This document shows, in pieces, positions 31,501 through 44,800 of a DNA stretch of 64,000 nt. The stretch is taken from NCBI GenBank assembly GCA_951804945.1, contig OX638156.1, positions 50,716,001-50,780,000 of the forward strand, written 5' to 3'. The notes under the pieces were generated by a model, which saw nothing but the letters and a program-made list of their open reading frames with translations, ran no database searches and was not told the origin of the DNA. Position 1 is the stretch's first letter; each line of letters begins with the position of its first letter. Source of the DNA: Podarcis cretensis. Taxonomy: Eukaryota. The position numbers and the translations under genes are program-made.

Positions 31501-34500
31501 GAGCCATCCTGACTGCCCTCCACTGCTCTTGCAGTGCTCTCCGACCCTGAAGGCATCATCGCCTTCTTACAGTCAGCGTTACAGGGCTGTCATCCACTGG
31601 AAAGATCTGGAGCAAGTAAGGCCCATGCCGTGAGAGTGTCAGGGACAAGCTTCACTTAGAGGCTCTGAATCAAGATGGCTTTTTGTACCCCCAGGGAACA
31701 TGCAAGCAGCCTGGAGTCTGCAGAGTGTCTGGCTGCTTTGCAAGGAAGTCTTTTATTGGAATCAGAGTATCTTGGCTGCTTTCTCGAGGCAGGGAGAGTG
31801 TGGAACGCTGCCCACGTACAGCCCAGGCTCAAGAGCTGACAGGAAGTGACTTGCCCAGGTGGTAGCAGCTGATGCCAAACAGAAAATGTCAAGGGAAGGA
31901 AGAATCTGCCATGCAGGTAGGCTCTACAAGCTGCAACCTGCCTACTTTCAAAGCACTTGACCTCAACCATGAAGCAGCAAAGGAGGGCTGTTTCCACAAT
32001 AAAGCATTTGTGGAAACCAAGCTCTGGACATCTGCCTCTTTCCATCTCCCCTGCACTCAAACACTGCATATCTTTGCTTTTGGGACAATCAGTGAGCTGG
32101 TTTTCTAAGCTCTCCTTGCTCATGGCTTGGCTAGGCTACAACTCGCCATTGCCCCACCATAACATGGCCCTGGTGGCTGGGGCTGCTAGTCCAACAACAC
32201 CTGGAGGGTACCAGGCTGAAAATGGCTGCTACACACACCAATTAAGAACCAATTCTGCGGAGTCCGAGCATTAAGCTGCAGTAAGGCAGTATATAAATGC
32301 AACAAATGAACAAATCGCTTTTATGCTAAATATTGTTTTATTCTCTTCTTGGATTCTTTGGACAGCTATGAATGTCCTCCTGGACTAAAGAGTGTGGGAT
32401 GAAGCACATGCTCAGTTAGGTATGAGAAGTCTTCAGGCTTGCGGGATCTATTTTGGATTTTGCAAGGATCCCAAGGCTCACCAGTGACAGCCAGGTGTAA
32501 AACAGTGGCAGCAATGGATGGGATGGCGGAGGGAGGCATAGTCAGGAAAAGGGGGGCCCACTGGGGCTATACCCATGCTTTGCTTTTTGCTGTCTGTACC
32601 AGAGCTCAGCTCACAGCCCTTTCAGGCACAAAAACAACAACCCATTCCTGGTTTCCCTCCCCCCCCCACCACAACCTTTCAGCCTCTCTTTGTTTTAACA
32701 GCCTAGTTTACAGGAGGAAAAGTCTTTTTGCTGCTGTTTCTTATCCCCCTTTTTTAACATTTACCACTCTACTTCAAGTCATCCAGAGATCCTGACCCTC
32801 CTGCTGCCTGTTCTGTCTCCAAATAAAAACAAGAACCTTCCGGTGAGAGACTGGGGGAGGAGGGGAAAGAGAAACAGCAGCCTTGCAAGGGCGGAGGTGG
32901 TGGGGTGGGGGAAGGACATTATCTGTCTGCCTGGGTCTGCCCTGAGCAGGGCTTTCTTTGCCACTCGGAAGAGAACCTTCCGTCAGTCAGAGGGCCGTTG
33001 CCTAGCGCTGCAGAAAAGGGTGCAAAGGCAACCTGGAAGGCAGCCAGGCCCCAGACCGCAAGCGGAGCAGGGAGGGGGAAGCTGCGCAGCGTGGAGGTCC
33101 CTGGCAAGCCGCCCAAAGGCCAGGAGTTTCCTGCAAAGGGCACTTGCAATTAGTTGGGTGAATGAATCAGGAGCCTGTGGTCTCCTCTTTGCGGCCTGCC
33201 TTGCCCTCCCCTTCCCCCTCCGCTGCTGCAAGAGCTGCCCCAGCCAGCTGAAACTCAACACCCAGCAAAGGAACGTGAGGATGAACCGNNNNNNNNNNNN
33301 NNNNNNNNNNNNNNNNNNNNNNNNNNNNNNNNNNNNNNNNNNNNNNNNNNNNNNNNNNNNNNNNNNNNNNNNNNNNNNNNNNNNNNNNNNNNNNNNNNNN
33401 NNNNNNNNNNNNNNNNNTCCCCTCCGTGGAAGGAAGCCAGCGTGCGGATTAGATTTGCATCCTGTCTACGCCCAAAGCAAACATATCCAGAACTTCCAGC
33501 AGGGACAGGTTGGGACAACTTGCAATAAATAATACGACTGGCCTCTTGAGCTCAGGACCCCTCCAGGCCTCACAGCTCTGTGTCCCCCTCCTACCACCAC
33601 AAAAGCAACCAGCAAGAGGCATCCAGAAACCCACAAGAAGGGCATGATGGCACCTGCCAGTCAGAGGCATGCCCCCTTTGAACAGCAAGAGGTCCTCTCC
33701 AGGCAAATAGCCATCTACCCAGTGAAGTCATTGCAGACCTTAGCTACAAATGAGGAGCAGGGCTAGGATGTGGAATTAGCAGGCTGCCCTTCCCCTCAGT
33801 CCCCCTCTATGGTGGGGCCTCCTGGGCTGTGAAGCTTTCCCAATTATCGCTAGTCCTCCTGCCTGTCCCCAGTGGGGACAGGATCGCTGGACAGCGAAGG
33901 GGTGCAACTTTTCCTCTGACACTGTGGCACTAAGGAGAAGCTGCGTCAGTCCGAGTTCTTCTTCTTCTTGGCCACATAGGGGCGTCTCCTCTATGGAAAT
34001 CTGGCAGCCCAACCTGCAGGCCCCCACCCTGTCCCTTGACTCCTACGCATAGCCCTCCTTGCTTGTAAAACAGAAACCAGAATACTCAACATTTCTGGAA
34101 ATCTGCATAATCCATCCCGAGCAGCACAGCACACTTGTTTTTCTTGGCAAAAAGAGCAGCAAGCACTCAGCCTTGCTCATTATTCTCAGGGTATGGCAGT
34201 GGCGCTGAGCAGTGTGGGATATTAGGAAAACCAGGCCTGGGAAGTCATGAGCGTTTGGGTCTCCCCCTCCAACTCATGCCACTGGCTCTTCATGAAACCA
34301 AAACAAAAAGGAAAAACAAAACTTCAGCACCACCATTGCAATTTGAGACGCCTCCCCTCCTCCTCCTCCTCTTTCATCTGGGCTCACCTGTTCTCCAGAT
34401 CCGGCATGCACAGGTTCCTCGCAGCATAGCACATCTTCAAAGGGATCACCTTACGGTCCTTGGCAGCGCCATGGTGCTTTGGGGAGCCAGAATCCTCACT

Positions 34501-37500
34501 GCCGCTAAGGCTGGGCGACTGCGGGGCTACCCCATCCCAAGGCAAATCCGACACCAGTGACGGCTTCTTGATATAAGGGCTGGCTTCCCGCATATACTTC
34601 ACTAGGAGCAAACAAACAAAAAGATCCGAAGGCAAAGTTAGCTGACTTATATGGAGAGTGGAGGAGTCCCTACAGCATCAATGTTGAGGGTCGCTCAAGA
34701 ACCTGAGCATCATCCATAAAATGCACAAGTGGGGCATTGAGGGAGAAACAGCAGCCCAGCACCCCACAGTCAGGGTGGTGGGTTAGAATGGGATGCCCTT
34801 CTACCACCTGGCCTGTTGATGGGGCTCAGCTCTTGCCGGCTGGCCGGGGCCTTTTCAGCAGCTCATTTCCTTTTACTGTTTTGTCTACAGGCTCCTTGGG
34901 AAAAGTGGCAAACACGTTTATTCCACAGGAAAAGGTGTACAGATGGAATAGGATGAGTCACAGGAAAGCTCTCCTTCAACTGCCAACACAGAGGGGATGG
35001 GAACAGCTTGTCTCTGGCCCAACAAAGGTCAGAGCTCTCCAAACTCTGAAGGGCTCAGGCAGGCAAAGAGCTGGGAAGCTCTAGCATGGATGGGGACTAG
35101 CAAAAAGGAGAAACAGGTGGAAGATGCCTCTGCTCTGGAATAATTTATTTCTTAGATTTATTATAACCCCAGCTATCCTGCAAGAAGCTGAGAGTGGCAC
35201 GTTCATGGATGGGGCTACCCCACACCCCCTTTATCCCAGCAGCTTATGAGATGGGCTAAGCTGGAGGTGTGTGACTGGCCTAAGGTTGCCCAATTCCCTC
35301 CTCCCATCCACTGTGTTCAGCAGTCTGCCCACTACAGCACACTTGCTTGTGCTTGCACGAGATTCTTAGGTAGAGGAAGGATCTAGCAATATCAGCTAAT
35401 CAATCTTTTGGTTAAGTTCTCAGATCAGCCATTAGAATACCATCAAACACATATAATTTTACAGTTTACAGGCAAAAGACTTTATCTAGCAATATCTGAA
35501 CAGCCAGGAAGTTGCAAGCAACACACAAAGTAGGTGCCCTGGCCAAGGGATTGTTACCTAAGTCAGTATTTTATTTTATTTATTTACGTATTATCCCCAC
35601 CTTTCCTCCATGAAGCTCAAGGTGGCATATGGGGTTCTTCCCCCTTCCCATTTTATCTCCTACAATAGGCATAGGCAAACTCCGGCCCTCCAGATGTTTG
35701 GGACTACAATTCCCATCATCCCTGACCACTAGTCCTGTTAGCTAGGGATGATGGGAGTTGTAGTCCCAAACATCTGGAGGGACAGAGTTTGCTTATGCCT
35801 GCCCTACAACAACCCTATGAAGCAGGTTAGGTCAAGCAACAGCAATTGGCCCAGTGTCACCCAAAGAGTTTCACAGGTGAGTAGGAACCTGAGCCCTGGT
35901 CTCCAAGGTCCAAAACTCTAACCACTACACAACATTGGCTCTCTAAGAGATTTACTTGGCCCATATGAAGATCAATCCTGCAACCTTGGCATTATTAGCA
36001 GCATGTTCTAACCAACTGAACTAACTAAGCACTAAGAATCTACACGGAACATATTCTCACACTACTGAGAAGTTTCCTGTGCTTTATGTTTAATGCAAAA
36101 GTCGATTAGGGCTGTGCAACATTCCTGGGGGAGGCCTGCCTACTTCAGGACCCCTCCTAAACCCACTGAAGAACCAGCCAGATGCAAAAGACTAACACAG
36201 CACTTGAATTTCCCTAGAAACAAATCTGAATACCAAATTGTCTGCTGCTTTCCAGAACACCTGGAGTGTCTGAGATGTTCCCTTCTTGTGCTAATCATTT
36301 CTGAGCATCAGCATTGCCCCCCCCCCATGCAGACTTATACCTGCTTCTTGAAGGTGACAGGTAAGATGGGTTTGTGCTAGGTATAAGGACCGCATGCAGT
36401 GCTCTCACCAGGGGAGGCACGCCGCAGGGATGAGAGCTCTGCCCTTTTGCTTTCAGGAGCAGATTACAGCAAAAAGGCTTTGGGTTTCTAATCCCTGCTT
36501 GCAATAACGTGCCCTTTCCTCAGTAACAAGGCCAGGATCTCCTAGCCCTAAGAAGCAAAGCTAGAAGCTGCAGCAAGACTCAGCAGGTGTGTGCCAGAGA
36601 GACAGCTGATGTTTTTAGACAGGGTGGCGGCAAAATCTGGCTTTCTCCACCAAATGCAGACCCAGACCACCCCACTACAAACATGGGCTCAAATGGTCTC
36701 TCTCTCTTTCATGCTGTGCATAGTTCTGTCCAGTAAGATTTAGCAGCACAATATGCTGAGGCAACCACTTTCCACTGAGTGGGGGAGTGGGGGGGGGGGG
36801 AGTTACAGCTTCCACACCGGAAATTCAAAGTGAAGTTCAACACTGGCCATGAGTCATCTGCTAAGAAGGAAATGCAAAACAGCTGACTGATGGGGCTCTT
36901 GCAAACGATCTGCCTGCTTGCCAAAGGAAGGAGCCAGCAGCACAGGGTATCAACCGGTAAAAGCAGAGCCCTTGAAAGGCCACCTGGGCATCCTACTCAG
37001 GGCTGAACCTTGGTCAGCTCTGTAAGGCATCCTCATTCTCCCAACTTGGTGCCCTCCTGGTGTTTTGGACTACAATTCCCATCAGCCCTAGCCAACGTAG
37101 CCATAGGATGCTGGGGCTGAGAGTCCAAAACATCTGGAAGGGACCAGGTTGGAAAAGGCTGCCCTACAGCATCGCTGCCATTAGGATCAGACACTGCCAG
37201 CTGCCTCTTCTGTGCAGGACGTTGTCTCTGGAGCAGCTGGTTCTACGTCCTGCTTCAGCAGGACTGAGAAACCATAGAACCACAGAATTGTAGAGTTGGA
37301 AGGGACCACGAGTGTCATCAGGTCCAACTCCCTGCAATGCAGGATGTGGAGCTCAAATGCACCATCCTGAAATTAAGAGTCTCACGGTCTACTAACTGAT
37401 CTATCTCAGGAATCAGGAACACCCCCCCCAAGAGCTTGAAACACGAGATCCTGTTTTATGTTAAAGAAGTTAAAATGAAGAGAGCATCTTCTACCAACTG

Positions 37501-39192
37501 TAGGCAAGAGCAACAGAGAGCAATGCCTGGCCTCCCTTCCACCCACAATTTCCTTCAGTACTGAACCATCCATTCACACTACCGCTGATGTGCTGGAACA
37601 AAACCTGCCCAGGCCACCAGGCTATACTGCAAGGGAAGAAGATTTTGGTGGAGCTGATTCCAACCATTCATCCCAAAGTCAAAACATGGGCCATTCACCA
37701 CAGCCACAAGGCTTTCAGCAGCTGGTTCCCAGAAACCACTAATTCTCTATTACAGTACAATGTGATTACCCACTCTGGACAAGTTCTGCTTGTATTAGTG
37801 CTCTTTTCAACTTAGGAATTTGCCTAATATACCAAGAGGTGGCAAGATTTAGGGTGGTATTCAATTAAGTCTTGCTCAGAGTAGACACACTGAAATTAAG
37901 CAGCTTGAATTAGCCATGTCCAGTAACTTCAATGGGAGTGTTGGCATGCCACCCCCATCCCAAGCAATGCCACTTGCTCCATTTGGCAGAAATTCTTCGG
38001 GGCTCCAGCCACTGGAGATTTGGGGAGCTGAACCCAGGACGTCCCACCATTGAGCTGCAGCATGGCTTCTGCTACAAGAGCTGACTGCATTCCCTTCTGA
38101 AACTGCAAGGGATCCACTGTGCCCCATCCAAGTACACAGGCCAGATCCGCCAACTCACCTACACCATTGTGCATGTGAGGCTGACATGAAGAGCCCCCCA
38201 AATCCCACTTTTTTGATTACAACTCCCATCACCCCAGGTCAGCCAGCACAGCATAGTGGTACCTCGTGTCATATACCGTCCCCCTTACGAATGCTGTAGG
38301 TTACGCGCTCTGCTAACTTGGAAGTAGATGCCCCTTGTTGCGACCTTTGCCCCGGGATGCAAGCGGAAGTTGCGCTCCGGCGGCGCGGCAACAGTGGGAG
38401 GCGCCATTAGAGAAAGCGCGCCTCATGTTACGAGCCGTTTCCTGTTACGAACAGAGCTCCAGAACGGATTAAGTACGTAACACGAGGTACCACTGTACAG
38501 AAAAGTGGGGACACACACTTCTCTTGAGGATCACAGCATATCATCCTAACAGAGTGCCCTGCAAAGTTATTTCATGGACACTTTATGGTGCCTCGACTTT
38601 TCAGCATCACAACTGAAAGTCACTCTGATGTGGAGAGAAGCACAGGGTATCCCAGCAGGATCTGCTTGTGTACTCTGGGGCAGCAGGTGTTGTCCAACAC
38701 CGTCCTCCTCAACAACTGTGCTGGCAAGACACCTGTCAAGAGAAAGCAGCACAGCAGACTCTGGTGGGAGGAAGGGAAAGCAACCTGCTTATGTTCTAGG
38801 GCAGCCTTTACCAACCTGGTGCCCTCCAGATGTTTTGGACTGCTGCTGCCATCTGCCACAGCCAACAGGTTGGCAAAGACTTCTCTAGAAAGTGGAGCAC
38901 CCCACCCTACCCATGTCATTCACTCTCTACTCCTGCCCTGTTAGGGCTAGTTAGTTAGTTACCGTAGTTAAATTTACATCCCGCCCTATATCTGGTCTCA
39001 GGGCGGTTCAGCTCACATTGCTGGAAGGACAGGAAAGGAAGTGAATGAAGCAGGGTCAACACTCTGAGGCTCTCTTTGCAGTCACTGCAGGATGCCTGAT
39101 CAAAGATTTATTGGCTAAACTTCTCCAGGAGCAGCAGAGAAAACAAAAGCTTCTTTCCAAGGCCAGAGGATGGACAACAGAAAAACAATCCT

Positions 39193-39224
<32 letters not shown>

Positions 39225-41852
39225 CATTTAGCTCTCACAAATGAGTCAATATTCACTTTAATATATGAGAGCTTGTTGCTGTCTTTCGTGGCTTTTCTGG
39301 AAAGGAAATCTCTCCCCTATCTCCATGATGTCTAGAGGGAACCTGGAATGGGCCCCGCACAGGAATAGAGGTGCACACACCACACCCTCTTTGCAAAAAC
39401 AATGTCATTAAATCAGCCTCTCCCAACTGGTGCCCGCCAGAAGATTTGGATGACAACTCCCATCAGGCCCATTTAGCACAGCATGACCGTGGTACCTGGG
39501 GCTGATGGGAGTTGTAGTCCATAACATTAGAAGGGTGCCAGATTGGGGGAGATTGCATTAAATGATAAAAGGGGATCACAGCACAATGAAAAAGAAGGAC
39601 CAGCAGACCAGTTCCATACAAAATAAAAAGAGAAGCTCACAAGGGGATCCTGTGAAAAGTAGCTGTTATTTTGAAAAGGACTCCAGATTGCTATACAGTA
39701 TTGTTATGCCGAATGCATTTTTGAATGTATCAACTTTTCATCAGAAGCATCTAAAAAAACTGCTAAAAATAATTCAGATCTGCACAAAAATGTATTATCT
39801 TAAGACTGTATGTGAGCATATTCCACCAATACATTTTGATGTATAGGAAGAGTGCCTTTGGGACATATTTAACGCACAATATATTAAATAGTATTGGAAG
39901 AAAACTCTCCAAACCCCACTATTCCAGGAATTTTTATGGTGATAAATTTAACAAGAAGAATCTTTTGCTCCATAAACGGAATCCTCTGAACAAACAAATA
40001 TGCATATCATGGAAAGAAAAGCCACTTTTAATTATCAATAAAAATTAAATTATTTGGGGGCAAACAAAGGTTCTATTAAAAATTTCCTTAGTAAAGAAAG
40101 AGATCTGCTTTACTCAGTCACCTTTTCCCTCCCGAGTCCATACGGACACACAGGTAACATAAGCAGGGAAGGGGTTGTTTCATTCAAGCAGAGGAAGGCG
40201 GCAGGTGGAATGCACAGACCATCGGAGGGGAAGAGGCAGAGCCTGGGTTGACCTATGGCCAGTCACTGAGATGCTGCTGCCAACACAGGAAGCTGCCCAA
40301 ACTGGCTGGGTAGCACCTTGGCACCCCACATTCTGCCCCTCCCTCCACATCAAACAACTTTTTTGGTCGGCCTCCAGTACAAATCCAGCAAAAGGAAATG
40401 CCACCTTCATTTTTGCTCTTGCAAATGTAAAGTGATCCCTAATAAAGTATGAGAACAAGTTTGCCGTAACAGGGATCGGCTTGCAGTTTGAATGAGGTCT
40501 GACCTATCTAGGCGGTGGAAGGAAGTGGCTCCATTTCTCAGCTGTACAAGACTGGTGGGCTGGCCCAAATCCTTCCCCCTTCAGAATACCCAAGACATGC
40601 TGAAGGGCAAAAGCTTGAAACATAAGCCAACTCCGCAGAGGCAGAACACACAAGGGCAGGGCAACTAATTTGTCCATCTAGCCCAACACTGCCTACACTG
40701 ACTAGCAGGTGCCCCGCCAGGGTTTTTCCCTTTCACCTGCTGCTTTTAAACCGGAGGTGTTGGGGACTGATCCCAGCACTTCTGCAGATGCTTTATCACT
40801 CGACTACAGCCTCCTCATGCAGCAGATAGTTAAAACTATGGAATTTGCTCCCACAAGAGGCAGCGATGGCCTCCAATTCTAAAAGAGGGTCAGACAAGTT
40901 TACAGGATGGGTATAGTTTACTTCCCCTGTCAGAAGCATTATATCCCTGAATTCCAGTTGCTGGCAATCACAAATGGGGAAAGTGCTGTTGTTGTGTTCA
41001 GGGCCTGCTTGTGAGCTTCCCATGGGGGCATCTGGCTGGTCACTGAGGATGCCAGACTAGATGGGCTCCTTTGGCCCGATTCAGCTATTGTTATGTTTTT
41101 AGCTACAGTACTGCTAAAGGTTGGAGAGGAAAGGTGGTATTTAACTCCTACAAAAATAGCAAAAATGTATAGGACAAGTTCAAATATCTGCTGGAAATTT
41201 AAAGAAAAAGTAGGTATGTTTTATCACATGTGGTGGACTTGTAAGGTGCTAAAAGCTTTCTGGGAGATGATATATAATGAAACAGGAAATTTTTTAAAAA
41301 AATAACTTTTGTTTTAAAAAACGAGAAGCTTTCTTATTAGGAATTACAGGTACCGACATCCCAAAGGAGCAGAAAAGACTTTTTAGGTATGGAACAGCCG
41401 CCCGGATGTTACTAGCCCAGAGATGGAAAGAAGACAAGGTCCTACCAGAGAGGAATGGCAAACCAAGCTGATGGACTATGCTGAAATGACAAAACTAACT
41501 GGAAAACTCAGAAACCAAGAGGACAAAAACTTTATAAAAGAATGAGGAAAATCTACAAGTTATATAGGAGAACACTAAGCAGATGGAAACATTGGCAGGA
41601 TTTTGATTTCACTTGTAGTGTAATAATTACCATGGATAATATGGATTGATAACAGAATTTGGAAGAATATGCAGTTTTAAATGTTTAATATGGGACCTCA
41701 TGGAAGGGGTGGGGGGAGGTCCTGAGATTCGGAATAATCTCTGTTTATGGATATATATTTGGGTTTTTTAATATATAACTTTCTATTTGTAAAATCAAAT
41801 AAAAATATTTCCGAAAAAAGGAAAAAAATTGAATTGTACACTATATGTGGCT

Positions 41853-41888
<36 letters not shown>

Positions 41889-44800
41889 TTGGAGGGGAAA
41901 TAATATCCAGTGCCGCTCACCGTCAATGCTCCTTGTGAAAAGACTCTTATGTTCTTATGCAGCATATATATTTAGTGGATTTGTGGGTGCTGATGATACC
42001 ATTCATCCTCCCTTGAAGCCTCTGTACGGAAATACCTTAAGGCCATGGAAAATGCCAGGAAGTACTGAGATGAGATCTGTAGTACTTCTGGCAGACTCTG
42101 ATCTAACTGTGCCTGCTCGACACCTTCATCTGTCCAACTAGAGGCTTTTGGGTTTCCATGCCAGATGCAGCCTTTGCCTCCACCCTCACCCACCCAGCCC
42201 ATCAGCTGCCTTCCTGTTTTTCTTGCTCACTCCTTTGCTGCATTTTAGTCGGTCCAAATAAAGGGCCAACTGATTCCACCGTGGCTTTTTGATTTGTTTT
42301 GCAGAAATGTTCACTGCATGGTGCTGCCATCACACCACCACCCCTTCTTCTCTAGTTGCAAGCAGAATCTGAACTATCCAGTAGTGAGATGCTTCACAAC
42401 CCTTGCAGAATTCCTTCTCAGGTCAGGAGGCAATCTTCCAAAGTAGTGTTCCCCCCTGGTGCCCTTGAAATGTTTGGACTACAGCTTCCATTAGCTGCAG
42501 CAAGGGCGGCAAAGGGTACTACAGAAAGTAAATTAAACAGACTGTATACTGAAGTGCAGAAGGATTTAGTAACCTCCACAATCCACACAACAAGTGCCAG
42601 GTCCAGCCCTTTCCAGGGATGTTAGTCATCCCAGTGCCTTTGGTTTGTGCTGCTAGGCCAAGCTAGGCGTTTTATAAAAAAGTTCATACACAAGTACTAT
42701 AAAGGGCCAAACCAGCTGGTCCAAATGACAGTCCTGTTAAACAAGAAGTCAAAGAGGTGACCATTTAATGTACATACACATCTGTCTCTATTTTGGAAAT
42801 GCAGCTTGCAAGATCTCAAAGGAAGACAACCTGTGTTCCAGCAGAGAGGAGGTGCCTTCCCTCTCTTCCTGCCTCCAGTGAGCCTCTGAAAAGCCCAGAT
42901 GTTTCAGGTCTCTCAATTCTAAACAGCCACAGTGCCAAGTCCAAAGAAATTTTTAGCCCTAAAAGGCAAGAAAGCAGAGGAAACATTAAAGACACAGTCT
43001 CCTGAGTAGTCCTGGTTTCGGCAGGGTGTGGAGGAACTCTCCTCCTGCAACACTCTTCACCAGCAAATTCAGAACAAGCAGATTTTATGCCAGAAATACA
43101 GCTGAATCCACAACAGCCAGCTGCCTGCTCTGGAGTGCTTGCTCTTGAGTCAAACAGCAGACAAGCCCACAGTCCAACTGCAGCATCCAATATACTCTTT
43201 ACAGAAAGTTATGAAACTAATTTCAGCCTGGGAACACCCATCAGCTCACAATAAATTAAGACGGGGGGGGGGGGGGGGGAGCAAACAGCAGGCAGCAAAA
43301 GACAACACAACTGTTTATGTCCGGTTAGTGGCAATTCAAAGGAGCCATAAATGTCTCATTCACTCCGAAGTCTCTTCCAGCAAAGCTCATGAAAGCCCCA
43401 TTAAACAGCAGCTAAGTATGCCACGCTCTTTCCAGGCCCGCCTGGGCACAATAGACAATGTGCGCAACTAACGGAAAACAGGCCGCGGCCACATTCGGAG
43501 ACCGTGAAGCAGAATCATTGGCTTTGTTTCGAGGTGGAGGGTTTTGGCTCCAGCACAGACTTTCCCACCGTCTTTGCAAGAGGGAGGTGGCGTGTTTGCC
43601 CAGCTGCCTCCCCTTCTCCCTGGCTCTTGCTCCCAACCTTTTGGGTGATGCCAGCTTGCTTATGAGGACCATGCAGCCCCCACTGAGGGGCCCATTCAGC
43701 GCCTTCAATAATGCAATGAGAATGTCAGTTGCTTTAAGGAGGGCACGGGACACACTTGGAACCAAGCCCCTTCTCCTCTTGCAGAAGCACAAAGGCTTCC
43801 TCTTCTAGGAGCCCAAACAGGAGCGCTGCACGGAAGCCAGCAGCAAATCCTCCAGACTTTTAACCATGGAGTGTTAATGCTTTAATGGAGCTGCAAGGGC
43901 TCCAATGACAATAGAGAATGTGCATCTTGAACCTTCTGCCTGTGCCATATTGTTTTCTGAGATCAATATAGCACCCCTCTCCCATCTCCATAAAAAGCTA
44001 TGCACCACTGGGAGTGTGGCAGTGGGATGTACCTATATCAGAGCACCGCAGCAATAAAACTGCTAGCACATTTGCAAAGTTAAGCAGGGTCTGTCTGGTA
44101 TGGTTTTCATGTCTGAATTTCATCCCAGCAGACCTCAAAATAGCTTGTGGGGGGGAAAGAAAGGTCCACACCCGGTGTATTTAAACTAATAATTTTAAAA
44201 ACTAAGACCCAAAACACCAGGAGATTCTCTTCTTCTACCTTACATCTGTTTGGGCCCCCGGGCTCTACATGACAACTTTCTGCAAAGTCTCAAGTCCTAT
44301 CCATTGCTCTCAGCAGCCTCCCAGCTAGAAGACTATGTGTGAGAAGAGGATGCCCAAGCACTGTATAGTTATGGACCACCATTTCTACACCCACACCCAC
44401 CTTAATCAAGTTTTGGAAACATGCTCTGCAGCCAAGCTGTAGCCACATCCCCATATCTCTCCCCAGTGTGATACTAGGAGAGCTCAAGGTGGGCAAAGAT
44501 GTTAGAAGGAAGCTTGACAGGAAGAACACTGTGCCCACTCAGCGCCTGGCATTTGGCTGCTCTGCTAAATCACGCAGCTCATGCCCAAGGGTGTATTAAA
44601 GGGTAATCCTCATGCAGCTGCTGGCTTGCCCTTCCTATCTATCTTGGCATTTAATGTCCCACGGGGCAGGCAGCGAGATATACATTCGACAGAGGCAAGC
44701 CAATGACAGAAGTCAGTATGTCAAGAAGGAAGAGTCAATGGGGGGAAAGGAAGCCTGATCTGGTTAACCTGAGCTTCACCAATCCCCAGCACACAGTTCT

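Noticed and set aside
32843-33532. 229-aa ORF
   Set aside because: It spans the N gap, so its length is artificial.
35666-35801. CRISPR-like or bona fide miRNA interpretation of the recurrent palindromes
   Set aside because: Copies are dispersed and have TIRs with 8-bp TSDs, i.e. hAT MITEs; there is no repeat-spacer array, and miRNA status cannot be shown from sequence.
39560-40090. AT-rich stretch with several short ORFs
   Set aside because: Probably a highly decayed LINE remnant; no family or protein could be assigned with confidence.
43263-43279. Poly-G/poly-C runs (here and at ~781, 3825, 5036, 14259, 62634) as G-quadruplex elements
   Set aside because: Frequent homopolymers throughout the window with no positional pattern; run lengths are also error-prone.
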